A stretch of DNA of 64,000 bases from Epiperipatus broadwayi (Eukaryota > Animalia > Onychophora): assembly GCA_028023455.1 (NCBI GenBank), contig JAQFVV010000009.1, forward strand, positions 15,190,001 to 15,254,000, in the 5' to 3' direction. Below the pieces are notes generated by a model, which saw nothing but the letters and a program-made list of their open reading frames with translations, made no database searches and was not told where the DNA came from. Of this stretch, positions 25,889-38,630 are shown in pieces; positions within the stretch are counted from its first letter, which is position 1, and every line of letters begins with the position of its first letter. The position numbers and the translations under genes are program-made.

Positions 25889-27606
25889 TGTGATGATCGC
25901 ACATACTACCGTCACACATATAGATATTTAACATTTAAAGAATGTTAAATATTGTGCTTGGGTTATAAAAAAAGAGAGTTTAATAAAAATTACAAAACAA
26001 AGAAATGTTTAAGTAAAAAAGAGAGGGAATTAGAATCGAAACGATTCTTATCTTTTACCCTTCAAAGTTCAGATTTTAGAAAGAATAGAAATGTTAAGGT
26101 TAAAAATATCGATATCATGTGCTTAGTGTAAAATTTAAAAAAAATGAGAATGGAAATATAAATAAAATAGAAACTTAATAATGTAAAAGAAAGCGGTAGT
26201 TGGGGAGTTTAATAAAATATAAGTAAAATTTAGAATGCAACAAAAGATAAAGATCTGTTCTTAAAACTACACATTTTGACGAAAATGAAATGCATGTGTG
26301 AATGTATGAATAAAGAGAGTACAGTTTATTTCAGGTCAAAATGAAATAATTTTATTAAAAAAAAACAATTGATAAATAATGTAAAATATTATATTATAAA
26401 ATTATATCAAATTATAAGTAATTTTGTATAAGTTGCTGAAAGCATGTTAAAGTAAAAAGGTGTGAAATAAAAAAACCCAGCAAGAGATCAAGATAAGGAA
26501 GGAATTTGAAAAAATAAAGAACATTAATTAATTAATTGAAAAACAGTATTGGTCGAGACTTCAGTGAGGACACTGCTCTGATAAGAAGCAGAGAAATATA
26601 ATAGAAAGCAGACATGAAAAGTTAAATTTTGGGAACATGAAAACAAATGATAACATAAGGGAAGCTTCGAGGATGTGTCTAAGGGCCAGTCACGATCGCC
26701 GGTCGATCCAGACTTCCATAACTATAATGGTTCGCATCTCAATGTAACACAACTGCTGATGTAGCACCTGCTGAAGAGTTCGTTTTTGCCTTGCCTTGAT
26801 GCCCACAATACGGAGGAGTCCCAACAATCAAATCTAACCGAAGAGCGACTGTTCCCTACTAAAGAAGTGGAAAAATTCCACGGGACGGTCAGCAAGACGC
26901 CAAGTTTATTCAAAGACTTTATCACCTAGGTAATTATGAATAAGATATTTTATATAACTTATGTGCACATACCATTAAATTTAATGCAATTGCCAATCCC
27001 ACATATAATGAGATAGACCTTAATTAGACTCTTTTCAATATTTGGAATGACTATAAAGGGATAATTTATTTCAAAGATTACAATCATTTATAGAATCTTC
27101 TATTGTATTTTATTTATTTTTTTGTAGTATTATAGCATAATCTGTTTTTTTTATATTGAGTGTTTATAATTTAGAGTGTTTCTTTTATTATAATTTATTG
27201 TATTAAATATCTTTTATTTATGTAAAATCTGTTTCGTCTTCTTCTTTGCCACTTCCAAAAAATAATATAATCTTAGGGTTGGGAATAATTATTATGCATT
27301 TGAGTACTTAATTAACATGTGAAGCTAGTGGTGCAGTATTTGATCCCATTAAATTTATAATTATCCAAGCGCTGTAACTCTGTTAAACCTTACAGCAGTC
27401 GGGAGAAGGTTGACCGGGAAATATAACCTGGGGCTATACCCATATAGCATACAGGTTCGGTCAAGTGCGGATATAGACTCGTTTATGTCCATATTTTCTC
27501 TCTGCTTGTGGTAGCGGAAAGTGGGCGATCTTGAATTATAAGAATTCCCCATTATATCTATATAAAAGGGAAGTTTAAGCCATTCGATCATCAGGTTTCC
27601 GTATCA
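25889..27606 (+). repeat. 3' LTR (1718 bp)
   Basis: Runs TGTGATGATCGC...TTTCCGTATCA, followed by the ATAT TSD. Confidence 0.9.
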
Positions 27607-28538
27607 ATATTAATACAAAGCAATCAATTGTCACTCTTCCCCCTAGTTAGTTATAAAATTAAATAATAAAGAATTACTATACTGTATGTTAAATAAATAT
27701 CCCGTCTAGTTTTTAGCCATTATATTACAGATGATTTCTGGATAAATATGTAAAATCTGATGTTTTTGCTAATAAAGATAGTGGTCAAAAATTAGTTTGG
27801 GGATCTGATTATTTATTATCATGTTAACGATTAATTATTATTTACAATAACATATATGGCTCTGAAGTATAATGATATAGAATGGATTACTACTTTTTAA
27901 GATCATTTTAACATATAAATAAAACTAAACATTAATTTTCTTATGAAAAACCTCATGGTGAAGCAGTTTGCACATTCAAATATCATTGGCCTGATTGAAA
28001 TAAGAATCTGGGAAAAACTTTGAATTTATTTTTGTCTATCTGAATATTTCCAAGTAATTAGAATGTTTTGTGTGTGTAGCCAGTTCATACCCAAAACATT
28101 CAATTACTGATTAGAAATGACGTACTAATTCTTACTTAGCTCAAGAGTGAAATAAAAAATCATCAAAATCATCACCAATTTGACAGTTGGCAAGGCTGCT
28201 AAGTAATGACTTTCATTATTTCCTCTGTGAAGATAGATTAAAATTGTCTTTGCTCAGCTATTAGCTATTTAAATTTTTTACTTAGATTTTCTTATTCAAC
28301 AACAATAGCAACAAAAATATTTAATATATAATTTTTTTTCTTTCAACAACTTCATTATTTTACTTCTCTCCCTTTTAAATATTAATGCACCAAGATCTTT
28401 TTTTCTCTGTCTCTTCTGCATGTCAACCTATACAAATACATTATAAACAAAAGTTGGCCTCTTCAGCAAATCTTTATTAATAATAAAAGCTCCCAAGAAT
28501 ATTTTCAAACCTTAAGCCAGGTTAATTAAACAATTTAC

Positions 28539-28616
28539 TCCGATTGAAGAATTAAAGTGATTTGCATGAGGTTTCAAAGAAACTCTCATTACTGAACTTT
28601 CGGTTAAGTCTCCCAT
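28539..28616 (-). CDS. Candidate ATG-containing exon (MGDLTESSVMRVSLKPHANHFNSSIG), possibly of the Testin-like gene
   Basis: ttttctttgaag|ATG ... GGA|gtaaat, 78 nt, in a CpG-retaining zone. Its phase does not join the 12681 exon directly, so an intervening exon would be needed. Confidence 0.18.
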
Positions 28617-29863
28617 CTTCAAAGAAAAATTACTAAATTATTAAAAACAGAAGAAATTGATAAGCAATATTAATCAACTACTTCAGACAATAACAGTTCT
28701 ATCAAGTAATAAAAATAAGACTGAAAACTGCAGGGATTATCTAGCTTGGAATAAATACATCAACTTATAACTATCTCACCAAACATAGCACTTTTAAGTA
28801 AAGAATTTATACATTTTAATGATGCGAATATTTTGCTTATTATCGGTCTGACACTTAAAGTTGTGGTGACTGATCGTAAACATAACAAACTACCAATAAA
28901 TTAAAAAAAAAAAAAAAATCCTTTGCTAGCTGACATTTATTATATTTGTAAAACTTCAAGAAAATAATTATAATAAAACTGATAGCTGAGCGGACAAATA
29001 TATATACTGTAATTCAAAGTTTCTGAAACTGTTAACAAAATAATTTGTATGTATGCGTGGTAAAGAAAGAGGGATAGTATACGTTGAATCACATATTAAA
29101 TAAATGGAAATACATTTATAATAAATATAGAGTAGATTTGTATGTGCACATTAAATTGAAAACTACTTATATGTATATAGTGAATTATATATATACTGAT
29201 TGATGACTTAATAATCAATGGCTTCTTTTATTCTTTTATTTTTAAAGAATTAAACATATTAAATCGAATGGGTATATATCAAACTCTTAGAATTACTCCT
29301 CTCCCTATTTAAAATAAAATTTAATAGCAATATTAAAATTAAGAAGAAAGAAAATAAATCCAATTGAAAATCAATTAAATTAGTTAGAGTCTGTCAGATC
29401 AAAACTGTCGCCGGATAAATCACATCAGTCTTTAAAACCAATCTCAATAATGAAATATAAATTTTAACAGAGAAAAACAGTTAAGTCGGTATTCTATGCA
29501 AACCGATTAAGACAACTCTAATAGGAAATTACATTTGCTGCTAGTATGTCTAGTATCACTAAAACTTTCGATTCTGAATCTACTTTTACATAATACAATG
29601 TTAAATATTAGTTCAGTTTAGAAAATTATAAAAAATAAATAAATAAATTACCATTTAACTATTCATAAACCTAATTAAAATTTAAATGAGATTCTTTAAA
29701 AACATAACATATATATATACAGAAGAGCTTTATGCCATAATAATAGTGTAATTATCTACCATGCCCATGTTCTGGGTTAGATCCTGATCGACTAAAACTT
29801 AGAAATTTAGGTGTTTTTTTTTTTTTTTAGATAGCAGATCTGTAGCCAACTCATCTTTTAAAT

Positions 29864-31147
29864 CATCATCATCAATCATTATCAATCCACTGTAGGATGA
29901 AGGTCTCTCCAAATTCAATCCATATTTTCGATCTTTAACTTCTCTTCACATCACCCCTGCACACTTTCTTATTTCATCCATCCATCTCACATATGATCTC
30001 TTTCTAGGACTTTTACAATCTCTTGGAATCCAGTTTAAGATTTCAATTGTCCATCTATTATTATCTCTTTTAGCAATATGTCCAGCCCAATTCCATCTGT
30101 GTTTTTCTTTTTTTAATGAGGCCAGTAACACCTGTTTCTTCTCTTAGCCACATATTGCATTTTTGATCTCTTCTTATACACCCAATATGCATCTCTCCAT
30201 ACTTCTTTGAATGGTCTGAAGTCTCTGTATTGCTCTTTTATTAAGTGACCAAGTCTCAGATCCATAAGTAAGAACTGGTAAAACACATTTATTAAAAACC
30301 TTCCTTTTCAAAAACATAGGCATATTTCCTTTTAGTATCAAGTTATTTTTAGCAAAAGCAATCCAAACAAGTTTAATTCTATGATTAATTTCATCCATTG
30401 TGTTTCCATCTATATTAATAATTTGACCAAGGTATTTGTAACTGTTAACTTCTTCTAACTCATTATAATCAATCTTTATTTACATATTTTGAGAAAATCC
30501 ATTAAACATTATTTTAGACTTTTTAACATTTATCTTTAGTCCTACTTTCCAACTTTCATTTGATAAGTCCTGCAACATTTCCTGCAGCTTTAAAGCATTA
30601 TTTGCAAAAACAACTACACCATCTGCAAAATCTAAATGACTTAAATAATCTCCATTTACTTTCACACCTTTAGCTTCTCATTTTAATCCACAAAATACTT
30701 CTTGCAGCCCTGCTGTAAAAAGTTTTGGAGATATGGAGTCACCCTGTTTTACACCCGTCTCAATGTTAATATTAATATTTTAAAAAGGTGATAAAAATAT
30801 TAGAAACTACAGAGCTATCAGCCTTTTATCAGTTTTATACAAAAAAAATTACCAAGATAATCACAACTCATCTACAGAAAACATTGGATTTCCACCAATC
30901 AAGAGAACAAGCTGGATTTAAAAGTGGTTTTAGTACAGTAGATCATAAAAAGGTATTGAGAGAAGTTATAGAAAGGACAAATGAATATGAGTTGCCATTA
31001 TGCTTTGGATTTGTAGATTATGAAAAGCATTTGATTCTATAAACATGTCTTCAGTGATTAAAGCATTGGATCATCAAGGTATAGATCCAGGATATTATAT
31101 TTTAAAGAATATTTATAAAAATGCAACAGCAACAATTAGATTACATA
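29864..31147 (-). mobile_element. 5'-truncated RTE LINE insertion with an inverted 5' segment and an 11-bp TSD
   Basis: Minus 30778-29864: GVKQGDSISP, FADG, TYGSETW, WAGHIA and a (GAT)n tail. Plus 30780-31147: FKKGD..NYRAISLL, EQAGF, FVDYEKAFDS. TSD ATCTTTTAAAT at 29853-29863 and 31148-31158. Confidence 0.88.
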
Positions 31148-34100
31148 ATCTTTTAAATACTCATTAATAAGTATCTGGCCATTCTATCTATAAAATAAAA
31201 TAAAAGATGAAAACGATTAAATGTTTTCATCTGGCATTTGCTAAACCTAGAAATGTCTCTATTATTCTCCGAAAAGACTGAGATGACTGTTAAAAATATA
31301 ATTATTGAAAATTACAATTATAAAAACTTAATATCACATAAAAAGTATACATATTACTAAACATAACTTATTTAGCTTTAACCAAATTATATTAATTTCA
31401 CTATTAAAATGATTTGCTGCGTACTTAAATTATAAATCAATAATGGCTAAAAAAAACTGTAGACTAATTCTACTTCAGAAATAATTAATTAGAAGCATTT
31501 ACTTGGACTTGATAATGTTTTAGAATTGGGAACTATGTTAAGAAAATGGCATGAAGTCACTTTACCTGTGTTCAGATAGAGAACAATATATACATTATAA
31601 GCCCCCCCCCCCCCCAAAAAAAAAGAAGAGAGAAAAAAGAGAATTACCATCAAACGATAAAATTATATAACTATAAAAAAAAGAACAGATCAACTACCGG
31701 AACAATAAATAACCTCGGCTAAATAAACAGTAACACATTGGTTAAACTCAGTGGTATCTCAGGTATATGATATATGCTATAATAAAAAGAGCCACTGGGA
31801 TAAAAATAATAATGACTACACATTATAAATATGCTAATTCACAGTTGATAAATTTTAAGAGAACTTTAGTCAAAATACAAATGCTCTTAATATAAAAGCA
31901 CGTACTAAAGAGTAGTTGGGTTATAACATATTCTTTCTCATAATATATTTTTATATGTCCCCCCAATATAATAAGACATATCACCACCATTATTCTCATC
32001 ATTTCATTGCAATGATCTGATTCACAATTAAAAAAATATCTTGATAAAGGATAATAATGTTTCTTAAGTTTTATTTATTTGTACCACTTTAATTTTCAAA
32101 ATACTTTCTTTTGCTAAAACAATTTCTTTTTGGTCATTACTTGCAATAAGATCTCAGGGTTCTTTATTAGAGATGTTTTGTAATATTAAAATTTTCATTC
32201 TTTTTATTTTATTTATGAATTACTAAACAATGAATAGCATCCTAGTGAGAATATGAGGAGACATACTCTTACCCCTAAGATAATGTTTGCCTAATTTACA
32301 ACAATATTAACAAATTTTAAAAGAAATATTTTAAAGTAAAATACAGAGAAACTCTTAATTTATAATAAAATAATTTTCTAGGATGGCAATCGAATACCAA
32401 GAGTGGATAAGGGATTTTATGGCCATTCAGGATATCCTATTAACAACTCATACTAACTTTTTTCTTATAAAGTTGAGATAAATAATTTAAAAATTAAATT
32501 TATAATTGATAATGAATAAGCAGATAATTTTATCACAAAAGCAGTCTTCTTTTAATAATTGCAAATAAATTAAAGTGATCATTTATGATTAAGAAAATGG
32601 ATATTTTATTCTTTAGATGCATTCTTCACATCTATAGACCATTATAACAAAGTGATTATTATTTTTACTTTCTGCACATGTATTCTAAACAACTAGAATT
32701 AAATATAATTGTGTCATTAATTATATAATGTTAAGATTTCTGGATAATTGATATGTGATTGAGATGATATTAAAATTGAACACAAAAATTTAACAATAAA
32801 ATATAAACATTTATTTACACAACAAGAATAATTTATAACAACACTTTTGAAAATCTACAGACTTAAAATGAGCTGTTTAAATACAATGCTATATAATCTT
32901 ACTGCATTAAAGAAATATAATTTCATAAGTTTGCAGTATATGCTAATAAATAAATAAATTTATGAATTAAATTGTAATTAACTATTTTAACTTGTCTGAC
33001 TTATATAAGCTTTCTAACATGAATATTATTACAATAAGTTATGCATTCTTCCTGACTGATAAAAACTTTTATTAACTTATACATTATTATAAGTTCAACA
33101 TTTTTGCATACCAATCTCAGTATAATATTGTCCTAACAATGGGTACATCTTAATAATAATCATGTCTTACCAATCCAGTTATGAGTCATTGCTTAAGATG
33201 ATGTATATTACTTATTTTGGCTTATAATTACAATTTTAAAAACTAAAATAAAAAAAAACCTATCATCTTTATATTATGTAATGCTGGAAAAGCAAAACAG
33301 ATCTATGCACCAGAACCATTTCTAAACTACACTAAGAATAGTCAAAAGTGCAACTGAATAAAAGATGATACTCTTCACAAACAAGTAACCATATCAATTG
33401 CCATAATAATAATAAAAATGCCGTGCAGTGCACCATATATGACTTCATATAAAATATGATACTTCTGAGAGGAAAAGATAAATAAGGCAATGAACCTAAT
33501 AATGGCATGAACTCAGAAGAACATCTTCATTTTGAGGACAAGTAGGACCTTTATTTCTTAACATATGAGGAAAATGAATGAACCACTGTAAATATTAGAA
33601 ACAATAGGGACTGCCTCAATCAAACAATTTATGCAAAATATGAAACATAACAAATATATATACCACTTATAAAAATTACCATCAGAAGAGAGAGATAATG
33701 TTCAATATTTTTTATAAAATACATGTACTAATAAAATAATATCATCAAGAGAGAGACAAAGCTACATCTCTTGGAAAATATAATGGTAAGATAAACATAA
33801 ACAATAAACCAGAGCTAAATAATGCTACAATCTCCTAACAATATAATAATTACTAACTGATGTATAAAATATGGCTTGAAATATACAGTAAAATACCTCA
33901 CTGGTTTTATATAAACATCTTTATTCAGAAAGATAAATTACTCATAACAGGGGCAAAGCAATACTTTTAAAATAATATAATATTAAAATAATATAATATT
34001 AATAAAGTAGTATTCTGTGAACTCCTAGATATTACAATTGACAACTAATGCATAAAATATATTAGAAAAGAATGCATAATAGAACTGAATAAAATACATA

Positions 34101-34402
34101 ATAAATTACAAAAAGCATAAAATTATCATTTAGCATTATACCTAGTTTACCAAAATTTAAATTATTAAAGGCCTTTATCCTGAAAGTTTCACTAGTTATG
34201 AGAATGCAGTTCTGCAAACATAAAATGTATCCATTTGTTGAAATTACAGCAAATTAAAATATTAAATGCACAGTATTCAGAATTATTTTTATATAAGAGA
34301 TTTCCTTAAAGCATTAGTTCCATGAGCATATTAATGGACATTCAGTTTTGTGAAAATAATTTTATTTTAAACATCAGTTTTGTGAAAGCATTTTATTTTA
34401 AA

Positions 34403-34700
34403 CTAGCCATACCCAGCCATGCTTGCTGTGGCTGTCTGGTTAAATGGAAAAGAAAAGAGAAAGTGCACATTTCTAATATCTTTAATTTCACAAAGCCTTG
34501 TGGGTATACAATATTTTTTGTTGTTCCATTGTCTGAGCAGATATAGAGATTGCTTGCTGACTCCAGAACATGCAACATATAATTGTCCATGTGAGAAGCA
34601 ATCCATGTCTAGATCTAATCGCACAATTCTAAAGATTGGTCTTGAGTTTTGTTGATGGTGATTGCAATAAAATTGGGAATTGTAATCTCTCACACAAAAT
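34403..34700 (-). mobile_element. Helitron 3'-terminal fragment (helicase C-terminus, hairpin and CTAG end)
   Basis: Minus translation LDL..DCFSHGQLYVACS and NGTTKNIVYP; terminus gccacagcaagcatggc...tggCTAG|T. Confidence 0.85.
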
Positions 34701-34753
34701 AATTAAATTAAAATGAAAATAAATCAAAATCTATAAAAATTCAATTTAACAAA

Positions 34754-35156
34754 TTGTGAAGAATCTGATTTTTTACCAGTTTGCAAACGAACCTGTTTAT
34801 CGGCAAATAGCAATAATAATTAAAACATGTATAAAAAAATGTAAATTACTGTACTGTAAATTATGCATAAAAATATATTGTTTTGAATAAAATTAAATAT
34901 TATAGTTAAAAAGTTTGTCTTGTATCAATTTTTTTCAAATTTGAAATTTTTTATTAATCATATTTTATTTCCTTATTTTTTTTTTTTGCGCAAATTTTAA
35001 AGTAATTTTACGTTGGTGCTTTGCTTTTATGTGATTTTTGAAAAATCACAGTTTGTATCCCCCCTTTTTCAAGATAAGTTACATCTATTTTTGTGCGATT
35101 TCTTTTGCGCGTGTTTTCTGAGGAACCTATCTATCGTGTAAAATGAGACCCAGGGG
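34754..35156 (+). mobile_element. Truncated (right-half) copy of the Tc1/pogo-like MITE
   Basis: Colinear with 36895-37294; ends gtaaaatgagacccagggg|TA. Confidence 0.8.
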
Positions 35157-35169
35157 TATATTAATTTAC

Positions 35170-35950
35170 AAACCTGAAAAAGATTAATGCTGTCACATTG
35201 TGTTGCAAGATGGTCATGCTTTCTATATGCCTAGCATTGTAGTTTGAGTCCTTTTATGAAGAGGCTTAATGTTTTTCCTGATCTGTAATCTGCATAGGAA
35301 TATTGTTTAGATCCATTTCTGGATACAATCTCAGCTTGAAATCAAAGCTGTTGCTGTAAACTAGCACTGATGTATCTTTCAGAAAAATTAGGTTGAAAGC
35401 TGTCATATACCAAGGTTGCATTTTTAAGTAAGCCAGTGACCTGGTTATATTGATCTGGATCAACTGAGATAAGTATATAGTTGCCTAAAGTTTTAATAGT
35501 GGTTTGAAACCAAGAATTAAATACCATGGGTTGGAATGACCAGTTATTCTTAGTACTGGGTCCCAAAGGCCCATATAAAGCTATTGCATAATGGAGCAAA
35601 TCCCTGGGAAATTTTCATAGAGATAAATTTGCATCTATAGCTGATAATATTATTGAACATGGGGGGGGGAGTAAATGATGCATGTAAGTCTCTTGGAATC
35701 AAATTATTAAACCTATTTTAAATCATCATTATTCCAAGGTGCTAAAGGGGATAATTGATTTTCTTGGGTTTATATATTCAGTTGAAAATATTGTTAGTAT
35801 TTATTCTTTGGAAGGATGAAAAATTTTATTATTTTCTGAATTTGTAACTTGATTATAATCCCTTTGTTATAAATTATTTTTTACAGAATTAGCATATGTT
35901 TTGTTTTGGTCTGTAGTTTGTATCAGTTTGGAGCAGTTGTTGGTGTCATC
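35170..35950 (-). mobile_element. Degenerate Tx1/L1-type ORF1 remnant with a CCHC knuckle
   Basis: Minus frame of ORF 35342-35599 continues to LQC*AYRKHDHLATQC (decayed CX2CX4HX4C); overall layout resembles ORF1 of the 44-kb element. Confidence 0.45.
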
Positions 35951-36288
35951 CATCTGGTCACATGGCCTGATGTTGCCATTCAAATGTATTTTGACATAGA
36001 GCAAAATTTATAAATTGTAAAAAATTAATAGTTATATATATATATTTTCTGTTAAAGAGAAATAATTTTACCTAATACATACTGTTCATATATATATATA
36101 TGATTGTAAGTCTAAAAATATGTGTTTCAGGTTTTCTGTGGTTCAAATCCTAAGAGCTTTGGAACAATAATCTGTCAATGGCAAGATTTGCTGCTACTGT
36201 TAATACTACTATTATTATTCAATTCTTTATTTAATATACATATTTACAGTCAAAGATCAATTATAGATTGTACATAAAAATGTATATA

Positions 36289-37294
36289 CACCTGAGTCTT
36301 GTTTTACATGGATTTATTTAACACGATTTTGAAGTTACGCGATTCATGTTTCTTCGGAAGTCGAACTCCGATAATACGCTATTACTTTAAATAATAAATT
36401 TGTGCACTTACGTCATATTGAAAGTAATAGCACATTATTGGAATTTGACTTTCATCTTACTAATTTCAATATTTTCAGTGCTTTATAATAGTAAGATTTT
36501 ATGCAATAATGAAATTAAAATCATGATTTCCACATTTTATGTATACCCACATTAAATTTTACAAGATTATAATGTAAATTTGTTCAAACATTGTGCGTGT
36601 TAATTTTGCATTTTAAATCACATTCTGTTTTTGCTTTTTAAAAAAGAACGTAATCAATTATTAATCATTTAGTGTCCGCAAGTTTATTTTTAATTATTTT
36701 CTTATTAATGACACTAATCACGAACATGCTCTTAAATTCCAATGAGAGCTAAATGGATGGATGTCTGGATATCGCGAGCTTCATAAACAATTAATAAAAT
36801 CATTGTCTCAAAGATTAATTACTAATTACATTGTCACCAGAAAACCATTAACACAACATGAGAGTGAAGATGTCGCTAGTTGTATTTCCTCTTGTGAAGA
36901 ATCTGATTTTTTACCAGTTTGCAAATGAACCTGTTTATTGGCAAGTAGCGATAATATTTAAAACGTGTATAAAAAAATGTCAATTACTGTACTGTAAATT
37001 ATGCATAAAAATATATTGTTTTGAATAAAATTAAATATTATAGTTTAAAAAGGTTTGTCTTGTATCAATTTTTTTCAAATTTGAAATTTTTGATTAGCCA
37101 TATTTTATTTTCTTATTTTTTTTTTTTGCGTGAATTTTGAAGTAATTTTACGTTGGTGCTTTGCTTTTATGTGATTTTTGAAAAATCACAGTCTGTATCC
37201 CCCCTTTTTCAAGATAAGTTGTCTATTTTTGTGTGATTTCTTTTGCGTGTGTTTTCTGGGGAACCTATCTATTGCGTAAAACGAGACCCAGGTG
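36289..37294. mobile_element. Tc1/pogo-like MITE (about 1.0 kb)
   Basis: TA|CACCTGAGTCTTGTTTTAC ... GTAAAACGAGACCCAGGTG|TA; no coding capacity. Confidence 0.85.
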
Positions 37295-37565
37295 TACTAT
37301 AATTATTTTTATAGAAAAATTGGTAGGCAAAGTGAAAAAATAAAAATAGCTGTATTTTAAAATTTTTAATAGTTTGTTTATTTATAGATAAATAAATTTC
37401 ATATTTAGTCACAAATCTTCAATTTTAAAGTTGTTTTATACTGAGCTAAATCTATTATCAAGTTCTTGTGTTAAATATTTATATATACACCAGAAAATAT
37501 TTTTGTTTTTCTAAATTAAAATTAATATTGTCCCGGGGTTTGCTTCCCAGCTGACACTTTGACAC

Positions 37566-37636
<71 letters not shown>

Positions 37637-37864
37637 CTATAACAATGATTCCCTTTAACAAATGAGTTTTCATGCTTGAAGCTTTCCCATATACCGACAA
37701 TCAAAAATTGCAGAATTTCAAATCAGGTTATTCTCTTTTAAGAAAACTGCTACTGGCGAAATGAGTCAAAAAATTTCTCAAAACTGATTCATATCAATTT
37801 GTAACTATTAAACATGACACTGAATTGCATTTCAAAAAGTGGGACTAAGCTAACAAGAATCAAA

Positions 37865-38630
37865 TATACAAGGGAGACCCAAAAACAACCAAAATCATTC
37901 TCTGGTTTGTGCACCTGTTGTAGTATATAGCCCCATTGTTGCATACATCTTTCAGGAACTCTTCATGTCAATCTGTGAAATTACATAACCATATGAAATT
38001 GTGGGATCATGTAGCTCTTTTTTTTTTTGTAAAATGCTTTTTGCATATTTGTCAATTTTTTTATAATGGCTGAAAAGTTTGACAATGTCAAATTCTGTTT
38101 TTGTTTGCAGAAAACAGCAAGAAAAAATGTTGTAATTCTTGAAAGAAATTATAAGCAAACTGATCTCATAAAAACCCAAGTTTATGAGTGTTTAATTGGA
38201 ATGCTAAATTCACCACATCCCTAAAAAATGTCACAAGTGAAGTCCAAAGTCAAAACAAAGCCGGGTTGTTGTTTTTTTTTTGCCACAAACAGCATTTTGC
38301 AAGTTCTGAAACATTTATGTGAAAGTGGTAAAATGTAAACATCGTTTTGTGACAAAGAAAGAAGAGCAAGCTCCACTCCAACAAAATGCCATCTCTCAAA
38401 GCCTAGAGTGTGAAACACTTTTTAATCAACTCAGCATGACGCAGCTTATCTATCAGCTGCATTCACTCACTTTATGCGATTTTTTTTTTTATCTCTCGAA
38501 TGCAAAAATGACTTTTTTTTTTTTGCAGACTAGAAGTGTGTGTGTGGGAATGCCAGAGGCACTAAAATGCATCAATGTGTGTTTCTGGACTACTTCGAAA
38601 TGTAACAAACTGTTTTAGATCGGTGTAGTA
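37865..38630 (+). mobile_element. Degenerate, internally deleted mariner transposon
   Basis: Pieces NVKFCFCLQKTA...KTQVYE (HTH), KSKVKT..CFF and KCI...DYFE match mariner transposase motifs; ends approximate. Confidence 0.65.

Larger units (their letters stand above)
20723..27606 (+). mobile_element. Non-autonomous Ty3/Gypsy-type LTR retroelement: two 1.7-kb LTRs, gag only, no recognisable pol
   Basis: Direct repeats 20723-22422 and 25889-27606 with TG...CA ends; 4-bp TSD ATAT (20719-20722 and 27607-27610); PBS-like and PPT-like sequences inside; internal gag. Confidence 0.9.
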
